A DNA stretch of 64,000 nucleotides from Selaginella moellendorffii (taxonomy: Eukaryota; Plantae; Lycopodiophyta): NCBI RefSeq assembly GCF_000143415.4, contig NW_003314360.1, positions 298,435-362,434 of the forward strand. Direction: 5' to 3'. The notes under the pieces were generated by a model. That model worked only from the letters and a program-made list of their open reading frames with translations, searched no databases and was not told the DNA's origin. The position numbers and the translations under genes were made by a program. How positions within the stretch are numbered: position 1 is the first letter of the stretch; every line of letters begins with the position of its first letter. Below, piece after piece: positions 11,902 through 22,494 of this stretch.

Positions 11902-12939
11902 ATGTCTAAGTTGTACCAAGCATTGGCGTCGGCCACCACCGTGAGTTTTAGATCTTGTAGCAGCGGGAGCCAGCACGATGAGACAGCGTCCTCTCTGTTT
12001 CTCAACAGGATTGTGGACGAGTTCTTGGAAGAGGAGGCCGATGGCGGCAGCATCGATCATCAAGACCACACTGTTGCCGCTGGAGAGAATCACCATGAGG
12101 ATCACTCAAATGCGGATCCGGAGGAGTTGAAACTGCCGGAGCTAGAAAATTTACTCGTCAAACAGGTGCGTGCATGCTTCTTTCTTCCAACTTTACCTTT
12201 ACAAGAAGTCTGGTTTGTGTCCAGAATGATGGTGAGATCGAGCTGCTGGCTGCGGATGCTCGACGATCGAGAGATCAAGCCGCAAAATTGAATCTCCAGG
12301 GAGCAGCTTTGCAAAGAAGCGTGATGAGCAAACTCCGGGGCATGGGATACAATGCCGCTGTTTGCAAGTCGAGATGGAAGGCAACAAGAACCATTCCTGA
12401 AGGTCACAAACCTCTGCGAACTTGTAGAGATTATTGTGTTTATATATGCATATGATCTTCCAGGGCACTACAGTTTCATCGATGTTCTTCTCCATCCCAG
12501 AAAACGAGTGTTCATCGATACGGAGTTTAGCATGCAGTTCGTGATTGCTCGGCCAAGCCAAAGCTACGCCGCCACATTGAGCAAAGTCCCTCGACTTTTT
12601 ATTGGCACCTCGGAAACACTCCATCGCTTGATCCTTCTCACATCCAGAGCGATGAAGCAGTCGCTCAAGAGCCAAGGCCTGGCAATACCTCCATGGAGGC
12701 AAGAAGATTATCTCAAAGCGAAGTGGTTCTCCACTTACCGGCGAACTACAAATCCTAAGTTTGCTGCCCAAGAACATATGCATGAGTTTCCTGATTTTGA
12801 GCAGTTCATGGCAGTGTCGACTAAGATCAGGAAACCATCAGGGTCTCCTCGGAGATCTGGACTATCAGCTCTAGCCGCTGCTGGTTTGATCCATCACGAG
12901 GATGAAAAGTCTCGCCACCACCTTGTTGCAGTTGTATAA
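11902..12939 (+). CDS. Plant DUF506 (PDDEXK-like) protein
   Basis: Exons 11902-12165, 12225-12402 and 12464-12939 with GT-AG introns. Motifs LRGMGYNAAVCKSRW, GHYSFIDV, FVIARPS..Y and IPPWRQEDYLKAKW. Confidence 0.88.
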
Positions 12940-13712
12940 AAAACTTCTACTTTGACTTTAGCTGACGACTCGTTGACATTATCGATCAGTGTGACTTGTG
13001 GTATCACGGTATTGTCCACGTCTCTAAAGCAAGCATTTGAAATGCCGAACTTCTTTGGTGTCACTCGACAGACCTGTTTGCTTGTAGTTCCAGGGGTCAT
13101 TGCTCTCGGTGTGACCAAAAGCCCAGCAAGGGCATTGGCGAGACGCCACTCGAACGCTTCACCGATGCATTCCAGGAGCTCCAAGAGACGACCGAGAATC
13201 TGTCGCAGAAAGCTATACTAGGTAACGTTACACACGTGATTGAGAAAGCTCTGTAGAAAACTGGATGATCAAGAGACGCAGTCCATGATAAAGTAAGTTT
13301 TCCTCGAATGTAAAGCTTGTTGGTAGTGTAGAAAATTTCAACTCGAGATTGCAAACATATACTTAGGAGATTTTGAGTTTTCAATGAAGAGATTCACCAT
13401 ATTCAAAGGTATGAATCCATGAGACGATCGTATGAAAGAGCTTGCGGCTGACCCGTGCCATTCTATGATGGAGCTGCGCTTAGCGATTTCGAGGACGACG
13501 ATCGGAGCGCGTCGTCGAGATAGCAGGCCTCGAGGTGTGCACTCCTCAAGAAGGAGCTGGATCGGCATCTGGAGGGCGAGAATGAGCTGGCGGATTCCTC
13601 CAAGAGGCAGCGGGATGATGCGCAGGGGCAGCTGGAGAATATTTCGAGGCAGAGGGAGGATTTCCAAGATCGTCCACCTCGCCATGGTTTTTGCAAGAGG
13701 ACCGAGGAGCTC

Positions 13713-15902
13713 ATGGAGAAGAAACCAGCTACAGACGAGGCAGCTGTTGGCGTAGCAATTCTGGAGGAAGTCGACAATTGCAATGGTAAGTTCTCGTCAT
13801 TCTTTTTCTTTTGTTACGTTTTTAAGGACGAATGAAAAGAACGCCCTCCAGTTCTCTTATGCTTCTCCCAGGATGGCTATGCTGTCGTGTCGTCGGATGA
13901 TTCTGGCGATTATCCAGTGGTGGCGCCTGGACGCGGAGGACATCACCATAAAATCTGGGACTGTTGCGTACGTCACTACTGGAGGTGACTTCCTCACGTT
14001 TCACAGTTTCTCTTATGCGGAAAACGTCCTGTGCCTCGCGGTGCTGACACTGTTGTCCTGGAGAATACGTGCATTTTTTCGTTCGATGGACATAAGAAAT
14101 TCGCGTCCTGTCCGGTGCTAGCCAAGGCCAAGATATACGCCTGTGGTATGGACTTTGTACTTGAAAGATCCTTTCACTCTTTAGGATTTCTTTTCACTCT
14201 AGAATCTGGTAGCTGGGAACTTTGTTTCAATCCAGGGTTTGATATTGCTAAAAGAGACAAAGTTCTATCAGCAGTAGCGGAAATAGCAAGCGTTGGGACT
14301 ACAAAGGTTAAGGTAGAAAGCTGGAGTGTTTCTGTTTTTCCGTTGTACTTCACAGTCTTGAGTTTTCAGGTGTTTCCACGCCCCACAGTTATACTGTCCA
14401 CCGGAGATGAATTAATAGATTATTCTGGAAATAGTTTACAGAGAGGCCAGGTGACAATATACGTCCACTTCTGTTGTTTCAAATCTGGCCTTTCGTTTTG
14501 CATAGATTCGGGATTCAAACAGACCTATGCTTGTTACAGCTGTTCGAAGTCATCAATGTACTTGTATCGATCTTGGAATCGCTAGAGATATTGAAACAGG
14601 GATAGAAGCAAAACTTGACATTCCTCAGGGTGTCGATGTTCTCATATCGATGGGGACAGGGATTTCGTGAAGCCAAAACTTGCTGAAAGGGGAACTATCT
14701 ATTTCAACAAGGTTAGCTTTGTACAAGTCTTTCCTTTTGTTTTGTGCTCTGAAACCAGGGAAGCCACTGACGTTTGCAACACTTGCAGCCCCAGGAAGCA
14801 ACAAGAAAATGCTTGTTTTCGGCTTGCCTAGGAACCCTGTCAGTGGCATGGTGACTTTTGATCTTATTACACTTTCCCTTGCAAGTAAACTTCTGCCAAG
14901 TTCCAGAATACATTCGAATGACAACTTGTTTTATGCAGAGTTCAAGCTAGAACACGTGAGCCAATCAAGCTTGATCCAACGAGGCCAGAATATCATCGCG
15001 CTGTTTTACAATGGGAGGACATTGAGATTTAGTCGGGGTACGTTTCAGCAGTTTCATTTAATGATTGCAACATGACGTTGCAGAGAGCACAGGACGACAG
15101 GCTAGTGGTTGCCTCTTGGTATGTGCAAACACGTTGCTCGAGCTTCCGAAAGGGCCTGGAGTCCTAACCGCTGGCTCTCTTGTTTCTAACAGGGATATCA
15201 CGAGCAAATCAAAACCAGTGAAAACTCCGGACCCGACCAAGCCAGGCATAAAAAAAAGCATCCTAATCGTGAGTGACACGGAAGGTAAAAGCTGGACGCT
15301 CTTTTTCTGGACCATTGTTTTGTTTCTATCCAGCGGACAGAGAATAGATCAAAGCGGTAACAGGAGGATAGAATCTACCTTGGGGCTTTCAAGCAGCATT
15401 ACGGTGGCTAGACCTTTTGCCTGGTGGCCTCCGGGTGTACAGCCAGTTCCTCCTGTTAGAGTATTCGTTTTGTTTAGAACTCGAAGCATATATTATGACG
15501 CACTCACCGGTGGTTAGTATCAGATCAATGTGTTGATTGTCACTCCAATCTCCAAGCACTTCCTGTATTTTTGGTATGCTATCTGGTATGATCGCTGTTA
15601 CTACCACTTTCGCTCCTCCCAGGGTCTTCGAGAGACCTGCACGGCCCTTCAACACCGGTGCTCTCGAGGAGCGTGGCTGGGTATATTTTCATATCATTTG
15701 GACAGAAGAAGTTATCTCTTCGCTCGATTGTCACAGATAATAAACATGCCTGGAAATCCCAATGCAGTGCAAGTACCAGCGCTGCCGCATCGGTGACAAG
15801 AGAAAGAAGCACCCTCGCCATTCTCCCCATCACGACGCGGCTTTACATCCCAACGATGTCGAGCAGCTTCATCGCTGCACAAGGCGCTCGTGTTCCCATT
15901 GA
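13713..15902 (+). pseudogene. CNX1: Molybdopterin biosynthesis CNX1 (MoeA E-domain + MogA G-domain) pseudogene with internal inversion ~15355-15657
   Basis: Plus-strand motifs DGYAVV, VAYVTTGG, PRGADTVV, STGDELI, IRDSNRPML, KPGKPLTF, GLPRNPVS, RPEYHRA, ILIVSDT, MLSRSVAG and IINMPGNPNAV. G-domain segment LGGAKVV...IDLILTTGGTG...VMLLES lies on the minus strand. Many small deletions and frameshifts. Confidence 0.88.
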
Positions 15903-15995
15903 GTTTGAGCTTTGGTTTGATCAAAATAAAACCAGGACAAAATAAAAATTTATAAAACAGAAAAAGATGGTAAGAAAAAAAAGAGGCAAGATGTG

Positions 15996-17537
15996 CTAGG
16001 AGAGTGATTTGGCTCTGTTGTAAATTCTAATGCTCTGGAGCTGGTTGACTCTTCTCTCTAAACTTCTAATTGCCTCGAGCTTCCTCTCCAGCCGCTGCTG
16101 CTCCACGGCGCTCATTTCTATGGCTTGAAGATCAAGGATTCGTTCGTCTTCCGGCGTGCCCGAGGCCTTGAGAAGCCGTCTCCTGGAGAAAACTTGCTTG
16201 CATCTATAGAATGTCATCCATGCGACCAGGGGAACGAGGAAAGCAGTGGAGCACCACGCAAGTATGAGGCTGCCGGATTTGTAGACCGACTCGGCCTTGA
16301 CAACAACGAGAACTTGAAGCCCTCGCCTTGTAATTGGAACTTGGTCCGCTAGCAGCCCCCAGGTCGCAAATTTCCTCTGCCTCTGGATCTCAGCAGGGGT
16401 GACGGCAATCACAGCAGAGTAAGATGCAACCGAGAGAATGGAATTGCTCACGCACAGCATCATCGTCTTCCATCGCTGGAATCTCGTCAAGTTCCTAAAG
16501 AGCTTGAGCTGGAGATTGATAAAAGGCACGGCTGCTGCCACCACGGCTATGAAGGCACTGGGAAGAGCCACCGCTGCCACCCAAAAATCCGAGGCTGGAT
16601 GATTGAGGTCCAGGGCCGAGTTCTGCGCCTGAATGTAAGAGGTCTTGACGTGAGACATGAACGAGCCCAGAATGTCGACGAGAGTTGTGGTGGTCCTCAA
16701 GTCGACAGATGAGGAAATAGAATTGCTGCTCGAGGAGTTGTCAACTCCAAGCAGGCAAAGGTTCCTGCTTGGTCGCCTCGCAAAGACGACTTGCTTGGAC
16801 ATGTCGAATCCTGCTACTTCCGGAGCTGTCTTCACCCTGAAATTCGTAGATGGATCCAAATCTCTAGTTCCCCTGAGCACTATGATGTTTCGGTTGAAAG
16901 TTTGTGGATCTAGCTCCATGCCCTTGCAAAAACCGAGGCCGGTTGCATTGGCATGATTGAGATCGATGCTTCTCAAAGTCATCCCACTTAACCTTTCGAT
17001 GTGCGTGTTCCAGTTGGGAAGAGTCAAAACCTTGGATTCAACAGTGTTGCTCAACATACCGTTTTGCTCTTCCCATAGAGAAAAAAATCCATACTTTGTG
17101 GTACCAGGAATGGCCCGGATCACCACGGGCGTGAACTTAACACAGGTTCCAGCTCCAACGTCGTCAAGACAAACAAAACCCAATGCCCACATAGTGATCT
17201 TTATAGTTCCCAAGCTCTTGATTGTTTCCTCGGACTCGTGCTCTACGAGAGAAGAGTTTCTAGTTGAGAAAAGCCCACCTTTCTCCGCAACCTCGGCCGT
17301 GAGGTTTCGACCCGAGAAGCTAGAAACCAAGTACCCCAGAAAGGCCTGCTCGCTGCTCGATTGTAAATATGGAAGGAATTGCCACCAGTTGGATTTGTGG
17401 GACGAGTCGCCATTCATGCTCAGGATTGCTGTGAAGCATGTTAGACGTCGAAGATCGCCCTCTTGAACAGAGATCGATGACACTGCTGCTCGCACCAGTG
17501 CTGTAATTATCACAAAAAGAATGAATCTCCTTGTCAT
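15996..17537 (-). CDS. Intronless orphan membrane protein (gene Y): signal peptide, ~300-aa luminal domain, 3 TM helices, C-terminal coiled coil
   Basis: Open 513-codon ORF. Hydrophobic N-terminus MTRRFILFVIITALVRAAVS, NxS/T sites and Cys residues in the ectodomain. TM segments FWVAAVALPSAFIAVVAAAVPFI, MMLCVSNSILSVASYSAVIAV and LILAWCSTAFLVPLVAWMTF. Heptad-like EQQRLERKLEAIRSLERRVNQL. A paralogue lies nearby. Confidence 0.8.
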   Translation of the reverse strand: MTRRFILFVIITALVRAAVSSISVQEGDLRRLTCFTAILSMNGDSSHKSNWWQFLPYLQSSSEQAFLGYLVSSFSGRNLTAEVAEKGGLFSTRNSSLVEHESEETIKSLGTIKITMWALGFVCLDDVGAGTCVKFTPVVIRAIPGTTKYGFFSLWEEQNGMLSNTVESKVLTLPNWNTHIERLSGMTLRSIDLNHANATGLGFCKGMELDPQTFNRNIIVLRGTRDLDPSTNFRVKTAPEVAGFDMSKQVVFARRPSRNLCLLGVDNSSSSNSISSSVDLRTTTTLVDILGSFMSHVKTSYIQAQNSALDLNHPASDFWVAAVALPSAFIAVVAAAVPFINLQLKLFRNLTRFQRWKTMMLCVSNSILSVASYSAVIAVTPAEIQRQRKFATWGLLADQVPITRRGLQVLVVVKAESVYKSGSLILAWCSTAFLVPLVAWMTFYRCKQVFSRRRLLKASGTPEDERILDLQAIEMSAVEQQRLERKLEAIRSLERRVNQLQSIRIYNRAKSLS

Positions 17538-17920
17538 GATTCTTTGGATTTTGCTTCTCTTTCGATTGTATATTTCGTAGGGTCAGAGGATGATACTCGG
17601 TCCAACTTTAACAACTTCCTTCCTAGACAACGTGACCAATCCATCATTTTCGATTGGTCATGCATACATGGCTTCATAAAACACGCTACTCGCTTGCGCG
17701 TCGAGTTTGATCATTAATGTCAAAGGAGCCAAAGTAGAAAACTACAACAAGGTTTCGGGGCTTTTCATTCTCGTGTAGAGCTGCTAGTCCAGATTTCCTG
17801 GTGGTTTCCTGATCTTGGTCGACACTGCCAAGATCAGGAGATCACGTGCAATATGGTAGCAGCAAACTTAGGATTTGTAGTTTTGCTACCACTTTGCTTT
17901 GAGGTAATCTTCGTGCCTCT

Positions 17921-18335
17921 ATGAAGGTAGCCCGGCCTTGTCTCCTGAGCATCGCTCTGGATATGAGAAGGATCTGTTTCCGAGGTTCGAACAACTTCAT
18001 GGCCGAGGACTCATTTTGTATCGCAATGCTGCATTTGTGTCGATCGTTACAGGCTCTGCCGCGCGATTTTGCTCGAGACCGACATCGAAGTACGAAGGAC
18101 AAGAACTTCTCAAGATCGGCGACATACAACACATTTGGAATCTACAATTACAAGGTTCGTCGCAATGATTTCTCTTTTAGAAAAAATTCACGAAGTTCTT
18201 CCTTCCATTCTTTTCGTTTTTGACGATGAAACGAATCCAGGCAGTGCTCGTAGGACAAGTCCGTTCGAAAAATCCTCGGTGATGGAAGAGCTCTCAGATC
18301 CAGTGGCACAAGGTTGCTGTCTACCCGAGAAATGA
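17921..18335 (+). pseudogene. Possible decayed NTPase-family fragment divergent from gene Y
   Basis: Short motifs RICFR and ILFVFDDE (Walker B-like) in broken frames. Weak support, and the region runs into an assembly gap. Confidence 0.3.
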
Positions 18336-18414
18336 GTAAAGGATAAGGGAAAATCAATTCTCATGAAACGATTCCTGATATTCGCTGAAAATCCTCACCC
18401 CTCCACGCGAGCCA

Positions 18415-18514
18415 NNNNNNNNNNNNNNNNNNNNNNNNNNNNNNNNNNNNNNNNNNNNNNNNNNNNNNNNNNNNNNNNNNNNNNNNNNNNNNNNNNNNNN
18501 NNNNNNNNNNNNNN
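18415..18514. other. Assembly gap (100 N)
   Basis: Run of N. Confidence 0.99.
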
Positions 18515-18898
18515 CGAGGTAAACTCTACGCCTGTGCAAAACGTTAGCAGCATAGAAGTCGCCAGCGGATTTTGCTCGAAGACAAGTGTTTCCTAGCATT
18601 GAACTTTGATATTACAGAAGTTAAATGACATGATGGACACAATGGAAGCGCCACGAAGGGGAGCTACGTCATGAGTACGAGGCCAGTCGGGAAGAAGTGC
18701 GGGTTATTTATTCCATGTCTTTGCTATTGAGCTGTTTCATTTGATTTTACAGAACAAAATAAAAATTTCAAGCACACTAAAGTTAAAGATTCCCTTGTCG
18801 AGTAGAGAGACCAAGACAAGAGCAAGATTAATTGAACAAAGAATGAGAAAGGTCATGTATATACATGACAACATATCTTCCTGGCTTGGAACCAACAG

Positions 18899-19700
18899 GT
18901 GGCCGAGTCGGAGTGGGATGGAATCCCTCTGGGGTCGTCATCATCAACGGCAGCGGCAGCAGCGGCAGCGTTTGCGACACCGGGGCTGCTTGTGGCAGGC
19001 ATCGTCCTTTTCCTGCTTGCTATGGTGGCCATCGTCACCGGCATCTGGATAACAAGGCTCTTCGAGCAGAAGGACTACGTAACGGACACTATTATCGAGA
19101 AGAAGCTGTTGAGCGGAATTGCGAACAAAAGTACGAATGTTTGCCCGAAAGACAAGAACTAATCTCCGATTGCGCTGCTGCAGGAGATACCAAAAACGAG
19201 CGAAGACATAAGCATAGAGCTGACTTCGCTGCTCAAACCTTCGGAGTGGATCATGAGATTTGAAGACGTGAACTGCTCACAAAGGAATTCCACAGATCTT
19301 TGGGCCCGAGCACGACAAAATCTTTCCGTTTGATCCGTTACTGGTTCCGCCAGAATTGGATGGTGAGCGGATTTGGACTCGTTCTCACATCTGGTGGCAT
19401 ACAGAAACGGACGCCATTCAGCCTGATAGCAGCATCGTCGAGGCAAACAAAGAAGTATAGCGTCGCTATTGCAGACAAACCACGGGTTTTGAAGTTCCAC
19501 GATACCGGGTGGCTGTATATGCAACTGCGGTCTAAGTCTAGGAGTGGAACTACCTTTCTCGGTTTCAAAAGCGACACAACAAGGTATCTGTGATGCAAAT
19601 TCTTTTTATCGGTTTTCTCTTGCTTCTTGTCAAAGGTTCTCCAGGATAAAATGACGGAAAAGAAACGCGTCTGGGGAGGCTCCAAACTGCACTACAGCAG
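18899..19700 (+). pseudogene. Disrupted gene for an N-terminally membrane-anchored protein of unknown family
   Basis: One strong TM segment (LLVAGIVLFLLAMVAIVTGIWI). Coding-like continuation is broken by a stop at 19160 and a frameshift. GT-AG intron-like segment at ~19584-19636. Confidence 0.35.
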
Positions 19701-20038
19701 TACTTGAATGGTATCACTGTCAATGAGAATGCTATCAGGTCTTCGTTTTCAATATTATCAGGTATCTAAAACAATTTCTCTCATCTTCCGCTCAAGAGAC
19801 CATGGTAGAGAGGTTTTCTTGCTGTCTAGAGGCTGCAAGCTCCTAGCAAAGGAGAGGAGCCTCATGAAGACTAAAGAGACACTCGGCTATCTTCTAAGGG
19901 AATGTGAAGCATCATAGGCTGGCAAAGAGGCGCTTGCTTTGCTGTTAGCAACAAACGCCCAGGTAAGGTACTTGCTGTAGATTGTACGAGAAAGCTATGC
20001 TTGTGAGAAGCACTCTTAAATTAAAATAAAAGGAATGT

Positions 20039-22159
20039 TTATTGTGGATTGGGAGGCCTGCTGTTAGCAGAGGAGACTCGACTTCCCCACTCGAGGAGCT
20101 CCTTGCTCGTATCATCTTTGTGAACAATGCACTCTAGAAAACAAAGGCTGTCCTTCTTCTCGCCCTGAGCTTTGGCTATAGCTTCGATAAGATCCTTCTC
20201 ATTTCTCACCTGAGGAAACAAATAAAAAGACTTATTTTAGAGTCTAGAAAAGGATAGAACTACAGGCCTACCTTTGCAGTCCAGCATTTGCCTTCATTGT
20301 TGTGAAACGCATCCACAACTCCGGTGTAGTTCCAGTTCTTGATGATGTTGTAGGGGCCATCGTGGATCTCAACTTCAATGGTGTAGCCTCCGTTGTTTAT
20401 CAGAAAGATGATGTTCTTCTGGCCATATCGGATCATGGTAGACACATCCTGAGCAGTCACCTGGATTCGCGATCTCTCGTGCGTAAAAACCTTGAGACTA
20501 CTAAAGAGTTGTGATGATACCTGAAAACTTCCGTCTCCAATGCATGAGATGACACGCTTGTCTTTGGCCGCTTGAGCGTAGCCCAAGGTAGCTCCAACTG
20601 ACCATCCAATTGATCCATATTGCATCTGGAACTCAAAGCTTTTTTCGACAAGATGGAATGAGTTTCGATCGAGGAGATAAGTTCATCGTGTCTTACCCGC
20701 ATCCATCAGGGAGCTTAAACTTCTGGCAATTGAACCAAGAATCACCAGTCTCAGCAATCACTGCACTGTCCTTGGACAACATCTCCTGAACCAAAACAAC
20801 AAGCTTCCAACGTGAGAAAGGCAAGAGTTCGTGTACAAATCAAACACCTGGAACAAGAAGAGCCACTTTACCTGGATGTGCTTGAAGAGGACATTGACAC
20901 GAAGAGCATCCGTGCTGCCGTGTGTCACAACGTGTCCCTCAGGAACATACATCCTCTGGAAGTTTTGGTAAGCAGTGTCGTTCTTGCGGAGCCTCTTGGC
21001 CAGAGCCTTGAGGAAATCTCTCATGAGAATGCAACCAAACGAGAGGCGACCTCCGATGGTCACCCTCTCGCTTTGCACCATGATAGCCTTCTCCTTGTTG
21101 ATGAGCAGCGAGTAGCCAACCGAGCTGTAATCGTTGAAAACCGGTCCGGCAAAGAGATAGGCGTCGGCCGACTCGACGATCTCCAAGCAATAAGGAGTGC
21201 TCACGGCTCCCCAGTACGTTCCAATGAATCGAGGATAGGACTCTGGGAAGTAGCCCTTGGCGGATGGCATCACGGCAACTGGGTAGCTGCAAGCATCGGC
21301 GAGCTCCACAAACTCGTCCACCGCTCGGCAAGCTTTGAGCTTGTTGCCAGCCACGAGCACCGGCTTGACTGCCGCGTTTAGGAACTCCGCGGCGGCAGTG
21401 ACTGCCGCTTCCAAGCTCTGGTAGTTGCTCATCCTGGCGAGAAGAGCAAGGAAAACGAGTGTGTCAACTTTACGTTTGGATCGATCGATCACCTGGGAGA
21501 GATCGCGTAAGGAACCGGTTCTTTGCTGAAAGTTGGATGCTCGAGGGCGGCGAGGTTGCAGCAAACGCTGATGTAGACGGGCTTGCTCTCGCGAAGAGCA
21601 GTAGAAATCGCTCCATCGATGAGCTCGTGCGCGTCTTCCAGGTGCTGGATCACGGCCTGTGGAAAAACTTTAGCATAGGCCTAGAGAGAAGATAGAACAA
21701 CTAAAGATCTTGGCTATGGCTTCTCTAGATTACCTGTGCGCACGTCACAGCTTGGAAGCAGCGAAGCTCCTGGCTGAAATCCGGGATGCCAATGGTGTGG
21801 TGGAGGATCCGGTTGGTCCCATAGTCATTGGAATTGGGGCCTCCCACTATACAAATCACTGGCAAGTTCTCGCTGTAAGCTCCAGCGATGGCGTTGAGGA
21901 CGCTCAATCCCCCGACCGTGAAGGTGACGGCGCACGCCCCAACCCCGCGGGATCGAGCGTAGCCATCGGCGGCGTAGCCAGCGTTGAGCTCGTTGCAGCA
22001 GCCCACCAGCGAGAGGCCTGGATGGTAGATGAGCTGATCCAGGAGAACCAGATTGAAATCCCCTGGCACCGCGAAGAGATCGCTCACGCCGATCTCCACC
22101 AGGCGCCGCGCGATGTGGCTGCCCAGCGTTGGCGAGCACGATGCATCCGGCCGTGGCAT
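20039..22159 (-). CDS. PDC: Pyruvate decarboxylase
   Basis: Motifs [66 protein letters not shown] motif GDGSFQ...[17 protein letters not shown], and C-terminal [16 protein letters not shown]. Short GT-AG introns. Confidence 0.97.
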
Positions 22160-22494
22160 CTTGCGATTGATCGATCGATCGACCGATCGAGGAAGAATGC
22201 GATTGACCCCTGTTCTCCCCTGCTAAATAGTGATCGCCAATCGAGAGAGAGAAGAGGGAATCGCGGGATAGAAAATCTTTTTTGTTGCGGCCAGCCTCTT
22301 CACGGATGCTCGCCACCAAAGCAGGCCAAATGGCTGCTAGCTCGGCTATGGCGGCAGCAAATCCTAGCCGTCCATCTTCTTAACTCAAAAAAATCAAGGA
22401 TTTCTTAATGTTTGAGAGATACACCTGAGCAGCAGTAGTTTTTTAACGGGAGAAAACAAAATTGGTGTTTCTCTAGCGATCATCGCCTGTAGCT

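Noticed and set aside
13090-13710. Coiled-coil-like fragments upstream of the CNX1 pseudogene
   Set aside because: Broken frames with no identifiable homology; cannot tell whether this is a fusion or a separate relic.
20812-22408. Long antisense ORFs over PDC (also over GULLO, MTA and the transposase)
   Set aside because: These are shadow frames of GC-rich coding sequence.
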